Shown here: positions 39,557 to 47,637 of the stretch, one piece after another
Numbering within the stretch: position 1 is the first letter of the stretch
How the letters are laid out: each line of letters opens with the position of its first letter
Assembly (NCBI GenBank): GCA_026391125.1
Contig: JAPLEO010000110.1
Span: 7 to 64,006, forward strand
DNA from: Bacteroidota bacterium
Lineage (GTDB): Bacteria; Bacteroidota; Bacteroidia; Chitinophagales; Chitinophagaceae
DNA: 64,000 nt
Direction of reading: 5' to 3'
The notes under the pieces: generated by a model
What the model was told of the DNA's origin: nothing
What the model saw: only the letters and a program-made list of their open reading frames with translations
Database searches by the model: none
Program-made: the position numbers and the translations under genes

Positions 39557-40396
39557 TTATACCTCCACCAATTCACCAACAGCTAGATTTAAAAAATTGG
39601 GAAGTATGTTTTTATAGGTCCACATGATTTTTTCAGGATCCTGTAATTGCTCTACCATGCTCCTCCATTTTGCCTCGCCATGGTTTTCAATAACACCAGC
39701 TTTCTTATCTTCTCTTTGTAAATACATACTCATCCCTATTGCATCGGCTTCAGGGTGAAATTGAGTACCAATAAAATAATCGTTGAAACGAATACTCATG
39801 ATGGCCCTTTCATAAGGTACATGTGGCCGATGTTTTTCGATCGCCAAAATTTGCGCACCCATTTTACGAAGCTTTTGATGATTGGGAGAGATCACTTGGT
39901 AGTCGCGACTATCAACTGCATAAAAAGGATCGCGCATACCTTGGAAAACCGTTTCATTTTCACCTTCATGCATTCTGTGAATGGGAAATACGCCAAACGA
40001 TGTTGACTTCCTTTTACAAACCTCAGCAATGCCGTAATACCTGCAGGCCAGTTGAAAGCTATGGCAAATAAAGAATACATGTTTCTTAACAGCATTTGTG
40101 ACATCGTTATTCCATGCTTCCATACGTTGCAACCAATCCATATATAAATTATCCCAGGGCTCACCCTCTGTTTCTATGGGAGAACCTGGTCCGCCACTTG
40201 AAATATAGATATCGTAAGAAAGGTCAGGAACAACTAAATCCTGACGAACATTATAAGTGTGATAAGTAAATGAAATATTGTTGGTCTCAGCCCAATGTTC
40301 TACAATTTCTTGAATACAGCGCATGCCTTGGTTAGGGAATCCTTCGTACAAATCCAGTACGGCAATTTTTATCAATTTGTTTTCTGTCCAATTCAT
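39557..40396 (-). CDS. Class I glutamine amidotransferase-like protein
   Basis: Nucleophile elbow FFICHSFQL and catalytic GTQFHPE motif. Confidence 0.8.
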   Translation of the reverse strand: MNWTENKLIKIAVLDLYEGFPNQGMRCIQEIVEHWAETNNISFTYHTYNVRQDLVVPDLSYDIYISSGGPGSPIETEGEPWDNLYMDWLQRMEAWNNDVTNAVKKHVFFICHSFQLACRYYGIAEVCKRKSTSFGVFPIHRMHEGENETVFQGMRDPFYAVDSRDYQVISPNHQKLRKMGAQILAIEKHRPHVPYERAIMSIRFNDYFIGTQFHPEADAIGMSMYLQREDKKAGVIENHGEAKWRSMVEQLQDPEKIMWTYKNILPNFLNLAVGELVEV

Positions 40397-40483
40397 CGGC
40401 TGCGAAAATAAGCATTAATGGTGGCAGAAAGAAGAGGAACTAACAGTGTTTGAGATACTGTCAGTTCCTTGTTGAAATCTTAT

Positions 40484-41602
40484 TTAGAGATAACTCAAAT
40501 TTGTCTTCGGACTTAGTGTGAGTAAGGTCTCATACATTAGTTTGATGGTGTCTTCAATGTCTTTTTTGTGTATCATTTCAACCGTTGTATGCATATAACG
40601 CAATGGAATTGAGATTAATACAGACGGACAACCATCGTTCGCGTAAGCAAAACTATCGGTATCAGTGCCTGTGCTGCGGCTCAGTGCTCTTAACTGAACT
40701 GGGATGGATTTTTTCTCAGCCACATCCTGAACCAATTGCAATAATTTATTATGGATGGCAGGGGCATAAGCTAAAGAAGGTCCTTTACCGCATTGAATAT
40801 CGCCCTCAATCGCTTTGCTGATCATGGGTGTGCTAGTATCATGAGTAACATCTGTAATGATGGCAACATTCGGTTTAATTCTGCGTGCGATCATTTCAGC
40901 TCCACGTAAACCAATTTCTTCTTGTACAGCATTTACGATATATAAGCCGAATGGTAATTTTTTTGAATTCTCTTTTAATAGACGCGCAACTTCTGCGATC
41001 ATAAATCCACCAACGCGGTTATCGAAAGCGCGGCCAATTAAGAAATCATTTGCGAGTTCATCGTATCCATCTACATAAGTAACCACAGCACCAATATGAA
41101 TACCTAGTTCTTCTACTTCTTTTTTAGTGCGCCCGCCACAATCCAAAGTTAGATTTTCAACTTTTGGTGTAGGTTCTTTGCTATCCGCAGATCCGTGACG
41201 TGTATGAATCGCAGGCCATCCGAAGACCGCTTTAACTGGTCCCTTTTTGCCATGAATATACACGCGCATAGAAGGTGCAATTTGATGATCAACACCACCA
41301 TTTCTTTTTAAATAGATCTGTCCTTGTTCATTGATATAGTTCACAAACCAACTGATCTCGTCAGCATGTGCTTCGATCACTACTTTGAATGCTGCTTCAG
41401 GATTTATAATGGCAACTGCGGTACCATATGGGTCGGTATAAAAACTATCGGTATATGGTTTAATATATTCGAGCCAAAGTTTTTGTCCGCTAGTTTCAAA
41501 ACCAACAGGAGATGGATTATTGATATAGTTCCTTAAAAAGCCCATTGACTTTTCTGTAAGGATGGATTTTGTTTCTTTCTTGTCTTTTTTAGTCTTAGCC
41601 AT
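40484..41602 (-). CDS. M42 family metallopeptidase (glutamyl aminopeptidase/FrvX-like)
   Basis: AHADE, FDNRVG, VQEEIGLRGA and ITDVTH motifs. The start was set to MAKTKKDKK (ATG at 41602), 1 nt from the upstream gene's stop. Confidence 0.85.
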   Translation of the reverse strand: MAKTKKDKKETKSILTEKSMGFLRNYINNPSPVGFETSGQKLWLEYIKPYTDSFYTDPYGTAVAIINPEAAFKVVIEAHADEISWFVNYINEQGQIYLKRNGGVDHQIAPSMRVYIHGKKGPVKAVFGWPAIHTRHGSADSKEPTPKVENLTLDCGGRTKKEVEELGIHIGAVVTYVDGYDELANDFLIGRAFDNRVGGFMIAEVARLLKENSKKLPFGLYIVNAVQEEIGLRGAEMIARRIKPNVAIITDVTHDTSTPMISKAIEGDIQCGKGPSLAYAPAIHNKLLQLVQDVAEKKSIPVQLRALSRSTGTDTDSFAYANDGCPSVLISIPLRYMHTTVEMIHKKDIEDTIKLMYETLLTLSPKTNLSYL

Positions 41603-41603
41603 A

Positions 41604-42515
41604 TTATTTGATTTTAAAAAGTAACACACCGATGATTCCACAGGTGGCTTTGATGAGCATGAGTCCGTCAATAACTGCAAGATAGTAGAGAATGCTTTTA
41701 CGACGTTGCATTGACCAGGTTACAATTATCAACAAAATGAAAGGGATACTGTTAATCAATATTCGAGAAAGGGGAAGTTCCCTGTAAATCGTAAAGCCGA
41801 TAAAGCTAATAAAACCTGCTAGAGACAGGGGAAGGATTATGTAGAACAAGGTTTTTCGCAATCCTAGTCTTACTACAAAAGTTTTTAATTGACTATTATG
41901 GTCGGCCGCATAATCCTTGATATCAAAGAGGATGCAGAGAATGGCGATAAAAATAAAATTTTTGATAAAGAACATTTGTTCCAACCAGCTCAGGTAAAAA
42001 TGGGTACCCTTTTCAATGTTGTCGAAAATGAGTGGGTAGATACTAACCACACCTGTCCAGACAAAACTGATCACAAAGGGTTTGAGCCATCCAATGCTAC
42101 GCAGGTTATGTGTTGCGTTTTTTGGAGAAATGCTTTCGTAATATAAAAGTGCAGTGATGGGAAAGATCAAAAGATAAATCCATTCTGCAAGATTCAAATT
42201 TCGAATCGTATCAAGGTTTTGGAATAATAGGATGAAGCCCGCGAGGGTTGCTGTTACCAGTAAAATATTCTGGGAATAGAAGATGATTTGTTGATGCGTT
42301 TTGTACCAGTAGGCTCTTTGATTGAATTGCATGTAACTCGCTTCTGAAGTGTACGATTTTGTATAATACCAAACTGAAGCAGCAAATAAAAAAAGGTAGT
42401 AGAGTGGTGGATTTAAAGCAATGCCCAATTGAAAATTAGTTTCCATGGAAAGTGCTAATACACAAGTGCCATAGAAGTAATTGCTAAAAAAATAGCTACG
42501 TGCAATTTTGTTCAA
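41604..42515 (-). CDS. Polytopic membrane protein, distantly UbiA-prenyltransferase-like
   Basis: About 8-9 TM helices. One Asp-rich motif, FDIKDYAADHNSQLKT (DxxDxxxD). No clear first NDxxD motif was seen. Confidence 0.4.
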   Translation of the reverse strand: MNKIARSYFFSNYFYGTCVLALSMETNFQLGIALNPPLYYLFLFAASVWYYTKSYTSEASYMQFNQRAYWYKTHQQIIFYSQNILLVTATLAGFILLFQNLDTIRNLNLAEWIYLLIFPITALLYYESISPKNATHNLRSIGWLKPFVISFVWTGVVSIYPLIFDNIEKGTHFYLSWLEQMFFIKNFIFIAILCILFDIKDYAADHNSQLKTFVVRLGLRKTLFYIILPLSLAGFISFIGFTIYRELPLSRILINSIPFILLIIVTWSMQRRKSILYYLAVIDGLMLIKATCGIIGVLLFKIK

Positions 42516-42520
42516 ACAAA

Positions 42521-42970
42521 TTATTTGTAAATGATAATATCGGGCGAGATCACTGTATCGCTGACGTTCTTACTTAAGTCACGGGCCCAGAATCTAAAAT
42601 AGCAGGTATCGTTTTTATTACCAGGGCAGCCGGGTAAGATAGGGTATTGAGAATTTAGATTAGTACCAACGCTATAACCAATTTCTAAAATTCCTTTAAG
42701 ATTTGAAGTAGCGGTGAATGTGGGTATTTTAGATCGGTCAGCAAAATTGAGACAGCCCTTAGTTTTGGTTATTTTTTGGATCCAAACGCTGTCTTGCAGG
42801 TCACCCTCTTTGTCGGTAAAAGTCAGACTAAAGATGATCTCACCACCACTTGTGAACGCGGTATTGTTCACAGAAGTGAATGCAAGGCTTGGTTTGGTAT
42901 TGTAAGAATCTTTGGTGCAGGCACCGAATACCAATGAAATTGCCAGAACTAACCCTAATTTTGTCTTCAT
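42521..42970 (-). CDS. Hypothetical lipoprotein
   Basis: The start was set to MKTKLGLVLAISLVFGAC (lipobox; ATG at 42970). The longer ORF overlaps the divergent gene. Confidence 0.6.
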   Translation of the reverse strand: MKTKLGLVLAISLVFGACTKDSYNTKPSLAFTSVNNTAFTSGGEIIFSLTFTDKEGDLQDSVWIQKITKTKGCLNFADRSKIPTFTATSNLKGILEIGYSVGTNLNSQYPILPGCPGNKNDTCYFRFWARDLSKNVSDTVISPDIIIYK

Positions 42971-43019
42971 TCTTATTACTTTCAGTTCAAATTTAGTTAA
43001 AACATTACAATACCTGCTA

Positions 43020-44000
43020 GTGCACCCATTCGATGTTAACAATATTTTCTCTGTTTCTGAGGCCAATTTCGAGCAGCAGGCCATTCAATTGTTTCATTTA
43101 CAGTATCAAATGAACCCAGTATATCGAAAATGGTGCGAACTCACGATAAAAGACCCCAACAATATTAAGACGATCGAACAGATCCCTGCGTTGCCTGTAG
43201 GTTTTTTTAAATCGCAGACCATTCAGACCGGGCAATTTCCATTAGATCATTTTTTTGAGAGTAGTGGCACAACTCAAACAATCAATAGCAGGCATTGGGT
43301 AAAGGATTTGGATTTATATCGCAAGAGTTTCAATAACGCTTTCGAAATGTTTTATGGCGAGCCCAAAGATTGGTGCATTATAGGATTATTGCCAGCTTAT
43401 TTAGAAAGGCAACATTCTTCCTTGGTAATGATGGTAGATGAATTAATCAAAGAGAGTGGACATGCATCGAGCGGATTTTATTTGTATGAGCATGATCAAC
43501 TTTCACAAACATTGCAATTATTAGAATCAAAACAGCAAAAGACTTTATTAATAGGAGTCACATTTGCTTTATTAGATTTTGCGGAATCTTATCCGCAGCA
43601 ATTGAAGCATACGGTGGTCATGGAAACGGGAGGCATGAAGGGTCGGAGATCTGAAATGACAAGGGTTGAAGTACACGATCAATTAACGAAACAATTAGGA
43701 GTTGAAAAAATACATTCAGAGTATGGGATGACGGAATTATTGAGTCAGGCATATTCGAAGGGTGATGGAATTTTTGTTTGTCCGCCTTGGATGAAAATTT
43801 TAGTACGTGATGAAGAAGATCCATTGACAGTTAGAACAAAGGGAAGGGGAGTGATCAATGTGATTGACTTAGCCAATGCTGATAGTGCAGCATTTATAGC
43901 AACCGATGATGTAGGGATGATTTATGAGGATGGAAGTTTTGAAGTATTTGGAAGGATTGATCATAGTGATATTAGAGGATGTAGTTTGATGGTGGTGTAG
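43020..44000 (+). CDS. LuxE-like acyl-protein synthetase / acyltransferase family protein
   Basis: FEQQAIQLFHLQYQMNPVYRKWC N-terminus and SSGTT adenylation-type motif. A GTG start at 43020 is proposed because the ATG at 42912 overlaps the divergent lipoprotein gene. Confidence 0.65.
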   Translation: MHPFDVNNIFSVSEANFEQQAIQLFHLQYQMNPVYRKWCELTIKDPNNIKTIEQIPALPVGFFKSQTIQTGQFPLDHFFESSGTTQTINSRHWVKDLDLYRKSFNNAFEMFYGEPKDWCIIGLLPAYLERQHSSLVMMVDELIKESGHASSGFYLYEHDQLSQTLQLLESKQQKTLLIGVTFALLDFAESYPQQLKHTVVMETGGMKGRRSEMTRVEVHDQLTKQLGVEKIHSEYGMTELLSQAYSKGDGIFVCPPWMKILVRDEEDPLTVRTKGRGVINVIDLANADSAAFIATDDVGMIYEDGSFEVFGRIDHSDIRGCSLMVV

Positions 44001-44035
44001 GTTTTTTTTACATAAATTTACAGCCCTGAATAAAA

Positions 44036-44119
44036 GCCCAGGTGGCGAAATTGGTAGACGCACTGTGTTCAGGTCGCAGCGTTCGCAAGGATGTGCTGGT
44101 TCGAATCCAGTCCTGGGCA
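44036..44119 (+). tRNA. tRNA-Leu, anticodon CAG (class II, long variable arm)
   Basis: Acceptor stem GCCCAGG/CCTGGGC. D arm GCGAAATTGGTAGACGC. Anticodon stem-loop CTGTG-TTCAGGT-CGCAG. Long variable arm. T arm GCTGGTTCGAATCCAGT. Confidence 0.93.
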
Positions 44120-44122
44120 CAA

Positions 44123-44151
44123 GCCCCCAACACGAAGTGTCGGGGGTTTTT
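44123..44151 (+). terminator. Hairpin plus T-run immediately after the tRNA
   Basis: cccccaacac-gaa-gtgtcggggg (one mismatch) followed by TTTTT. Confidence 0.55.
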
Positions 44152-44447
44152 AATTTGTGAGCGTTGAAAGCTCGCTTTCAAAAGCGAACAAGTTAAAAAC
44201 CTCCGCATCGCCGGAGGCGATGTTGGGGCTTGAGTAAGCCCCTCGCAGACGGTGGATCACCGCAGGTAATCCAGTTTGGAATCATTAATACTTTTTAGGA
44301 TTCCTGCAAAGAAATATTGCTAAAAGCCTCTAAATCTATTACAAAATGGTTCGGGAAAAGTACTTTAACCGGCACCATTTAGTTTAAACAAAAAAGCCTT
44401 GAAGATTTCTCCGAGGTTTTTTTATCGACTATTCGAAATTTTATTTT

Positions 44448-45293
44448 TTATTTGGACTCATCTTCTCCCTTTTTTTTCAAAAGGAACACTTTTTTAGAGT
44501 TTATATTACTGATTACTTTTTTGCCTGTTTTAGACTCTAATTCTTGCCTTGCTACTTTTGCAACATTGCCACCTTGTTGGGCTGCATTTTTGTTTTCTTC
44601 AAAAGTTTTTGGATTAATAGCTTGCGAAATATCTTTTGTGGAAGCTTCTGCAAGCATGCTTAAAATTAATTCTGTGTTGGTCATATTATCCCGGAGGTTT
44701 TCTTTTTTTAACCCTTTGAATACTTTATACTCTTTAGTTGTTTTATCTGCCCAAGCTTTTGTAATAATATCTGTAAGTGTTGCAAATTGAGGGCCAGCTT
44801 TTAATCCTCTTTGCTTCCATTCGTCTGTAAGTTCTTTTCGAATTTCAATACTCTTCAAGCGTTGGTTAATCCAGTTTTCGCTATAGCCCAATTGAAGATA
44901 TTGCTCTAGGGCTCGATCAATAGAAAGTTCAGGGTCTTGCATTTCATCTAACCGTTCAGCAGCAATCTTTCCAAGCCATACTTTAAATGGCTCTGCCTTC
45001 GGTGAAGGGATTGATTGTATAAGCCTAAAAAGTTGTTCAGTATTTGCAACATCAGTCACACGCATTTTGCCATCAGGTGCCTGCATTTTAAAACCGTTAC
45101 AATTTGTAACGGTTTCATTTCCTTCGTCCTTTAGTCTTTTTTTCATTACTCGCCAGTAAACTTGAGGATTAGGACTATCAGTTAAAGCTGCAATTACATC
45201 AACAATTGAAAAATACCACAACTCATTTTCAGCATCCCATAATGTGCGAACCTTTTTATCTTCAAAAATTTTAATTGAATCTTTTTCTTTCAT
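44448..45293 (-). CDS. Bro-N domain protein (DinD / phage antirepressor-like)
   Basis: The N-terminal region FEDKKVRTLWDAENELWYFSIVDVIAAL is typical of Bro-N. The C-terminal helical region is DinD-like. Confidence 0.75.
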   Translation of the reverse strand: MKEKDSIKIFEDKKVRTLWDAENELWYFSIVDVIAALTDSPNPQVYWRVMKKRLKDEGNETVTNCNGFKMQAPDGKMRVTDVANTEQLFRLIQSIPSPKAEPFKVWLGKIAAERLDEMQDPELSIDRALEQYLQLGYSENWINQRLKSIEIRKELTDEWKQRGLKAGPQFATLTDIITKAWADKTTKEYKVFKGLKKENLRDNMTNTELILSMLAEASTKDISQAINPKTFEENKNAAQQGGNVAKVARQELESKTGKKVISNINSKKVFLLKKKGEDESK

Positions 45294-45339
45294 TTCTCAC
45301 ATTTTAGGCCTGTGTAAAAATATTGAAACTTTGAAGTTA

Positions 45340-45558
45340 TTACTCCCTAGTCTTGCTTGAGCTAGCCTTAAACTTTGTTTTATCCATTTTAGGCGGATTA
45401 TTTAAGGGGTAATTGAATGCAATACTATTTAAATAGGCAGCTATTTTCAAACGCTCTTGCCAACTCAATTTCTTATAATAAGCAGAATGATTAGATGCCT
45501 CATCAACAGTCTGTGCTTTAAAAGCGGTTCGGTCTAATTTGTATTCTTCCATATCCAA
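45340..45558 (-). CDS. Small hypothetical protein (72 aa)
   Basis: ORF only. Co-directional with, and 46 nt upstream of, the Bro-N gene. Confidence 0.5.
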   Translation of the reverse strand: MDMEEYKLDRTAFKAQTVDEASNHSAYYKKLSWQERLKIAAYLNSIAFNYPLNNPPKMDKTKFKASSSKTRE

Positions 45559-45894
45559 ATATACGATTTGCTAACCTTCAGTCAAAAAGTTCAAGATTTC
45601 AATTAAATCTTTAAAATATGGTTCGTACTCTAACTAGCCAAGGGCACTTACCAGCTTTTTGAGGTGTTTTTTTATTGCTAGAACCTATTCAAAAATATTC
45701 GATTATTAGATTTATTAAAATCGGTTTTACCAATAGTGAAACCTGCCCAACTTTATTTGCAAAACTGAATGGTCTGTTAGGCAATCAGTTATAAAAAGAA
45801 CAACATTTACCAAATAAAAATCTTAAATTTAAGTGCTAGTACAATCCCCCACAATTGTTTAAGCTAAGCGATTGATTATATTAAACAATTGATT

Positions 45895-46818
45895 ATGAGT
45901 TCCCCTACTCAATATTCAAATGAAACGCATCTTTATGATCTATTAAGAGAAACAGAGATCATCGGCAAGATTGGCGGATGGGAATTTGATGTGCTCACAC
46001 AAAAGCAAAAATGGACAAGAGGTATTTTTGACATTCTTGAATTTGATTCCACTGAACAAGCTCCTGATGTGCCTGAGGGAATAGGCTTTATAGATGAAGC
46101 ATTTCAGCCAATGGTCCTTGATGCAATGAAACATGCTATTGAAAATGGAGCGCCTTATCATGAAGAGTGGAAAGTCATAACCCAAAAAGGAAATTATCGT
46201 TGGGTCTGCTCAATTGGTAAAGCAAATCAAGTTAATGGAAAAACAATCAGTTTATCTGGCTCTTTTCAAGATATCACCGATCAAAAAGCCAAAGAAAAAA
46301 TAGTACAAGACTTATTAATCAAGCAAGGCTCTATATTAAATGCTGTGCCAGACTTATTATTTGAAGTAGATATTACTGGTAAAATTTACGATTTCCATTC
46401 ACATAGTCCTTTATTATTAGCAGTTCCCAAAAATGAAATGATTGGCAAATGCTTTTCTGAGTTGATAGAATTAGAGGCAGCCGAAGTTTGTTCCTCTGCA
46501 ATTCAAGAAGCGAATGAAATGGGCATTTCAATTGGCAAGCAATATTCTTTAGTATTTGAAGAAAGTATCTATTGGTTTGAAATTTCAGTTGCTGCTTTTG
46601 AAGTTGACAATCAAATCAAAAAACATTTCATTTTCCTTGCTCGTGATATAACGGAAAGAAAATTAGCGGAAAATGCATTAAACGATAAAATGAAAGAAAT
46701 GAATCGTTTATTACAACTTACTATTGGGAGAGAAAGGACTATGATTGAGCTGAAAAAGGAAATTAATGAACTTTTAATAAATGGGGGTAAATCAGCTAAA
46801 TACCAGCATCTAGAATGA
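45895..46818 (+). CDS. Tandem PAS domain protein with C-terminal coiled coil
   Basis: Two PAS/PAC-like modules (GGWEFDV...YHEEWKVITQKGNYRWV; DLLFEVD...YWFEISVAAF...FLARDITERK), then a coiled-coil tail. ATG at 45895. Confidence 0.8.
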   Translation: MSSPTQYSNETHLYDLLRETEIIGKIGGWEFDVLTQKQKWTRGIFDILEFDSTEQAPDVPEGIGFIDEAFQPMVLDAMKHAIENGAPYHEEWKVITQKGNYRWVCSIGKANQVNGKTISLSGSFQDITDQKAKEKIVQDLLIKQGSILNAVPDLLFEVDITGKIYDFHSHSPLLLAVPKNEMIGKCFSELIELEAAEVCSSAIQEANEMGISIGKQYSLVFEESIYWFEISVAAFEVDNQIKKHFIFLARDITERKLAENALNDKMKEMNRLLQLTIGRERTMIELKKEINELLINGGKSAKYQHLE

Positions 46819-47630
46819 GTACCCTGATAAAATATATTTCCACTCAAACTGATGTCAAAAATATCGATCACTACGATGATTCCTTTGTGAACAATATAAT
46901 AGAACAAAGGACTGCTGCATTAAAGTTAAAGGATATAGAAACTTATTCTAACTTTTTGATAAATAGTAAAGCCGAACAGTTGTTTTTTTTTAAAGCACTC
47001 AATAATAATTATAGCGAATTTTATCGTAATCCATTTACTTTTTACAGCATTGAAAACCTTCTATTCCCTGTATTTGTTGGTCAGCTTCTAAATAAGAATA
47101 AAAAAGAAATTAGGGTTTGGAGTGCAGCCAGTTCTGCTGGTCAGGAAGCATATAGTTTAGCGATCCTATTTGAAGAATACCAAATGAAGTGTGCAGATTT
47201 ATTTCCATATAGAATTTTTGCAACTGATAAGTGCTCCGAAGAAATAAATAAGGCAAAGACGGGCATGTATAAAGAAGTAGAATTCCTTCAAATGAGTTTT
47301 TCTAGAATTAAAAAATGGTTTAGTAAAAAAGGAGACAACTATTTTATTGATCCAAATCTGCAGAAGAATATCCATTTTTCAGTTTTCGACCTTTTAAATA
47401 AGTCAACCAATAGCCCTGGTAGTAGTATATATGGTGATTTTGATCTAATTATTTGTGCAAATATCCTCTTCTATTATAAGCCAATGTATCAGATGAGGAT
47501 AATAGAAAAGCTAGTTGCCAATTTATCGAAAGGGGGCTATCTAATTGTTGGTGAAATAGAAAGACATCTGTTGCTTGAAAATAACTATAAAGAAATATAT
47601 CCGCAGTCTGGAATATTTCAACCTAAATAA
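46815..47630 (+). CDS. CheR-type SAM-dependent protein-glutamate methyltransferase homologue
   Basis: SEFYRNP (TEFFRD-like), IRVWSAASSAGQEAYSLAI, ATDKCSEEINKAKTGMY and DLIICANILFYY align with E. coli CheR blocks. The start overlaps the upstream stop (ATGA). Confidence 0.85.
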   Translation: MSTLIKYISTQTDVKNIDHYDDSFVNNIIEQRTAALKLKDIETYSNFLINSKAEQLFFFKALNNNYSEFYRNPFTFYSIENLLFPVFVGQLLNKNKKEIRVWSAASSAGQEAYSLAILFEEYQMKCADLFPYRIFATDKCSEEINKAKTGMYKEVEFLQMSFSRIKKWFSKKGDNYFIDPNLQKNIHFSVFDLLNKSTNSPGSSIYGDFDLIICANILFYYKPMYQMRIIEKLVANLSKGGYLIVGEIERHLLLENNYKEIYPQSGIFQPK

Positions 47631-47637
47631 TAACGAA

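Noticed and set aside
43869-44208. Minus-strand ORFs of 83 and 66 aa overlapping the tRNA-Leu
   Set aside because: They overlap a well-folded tRNA gene and its terminator, so they are spurious.
44262-44280. Partial repeat of the tRNA-Leu 3' end (aatccagt...tgg) as an att site
   Set aside because: Only about 8-11 matching bases, about 150 nt from the tRNA. This is too short and too close to delimit an element.
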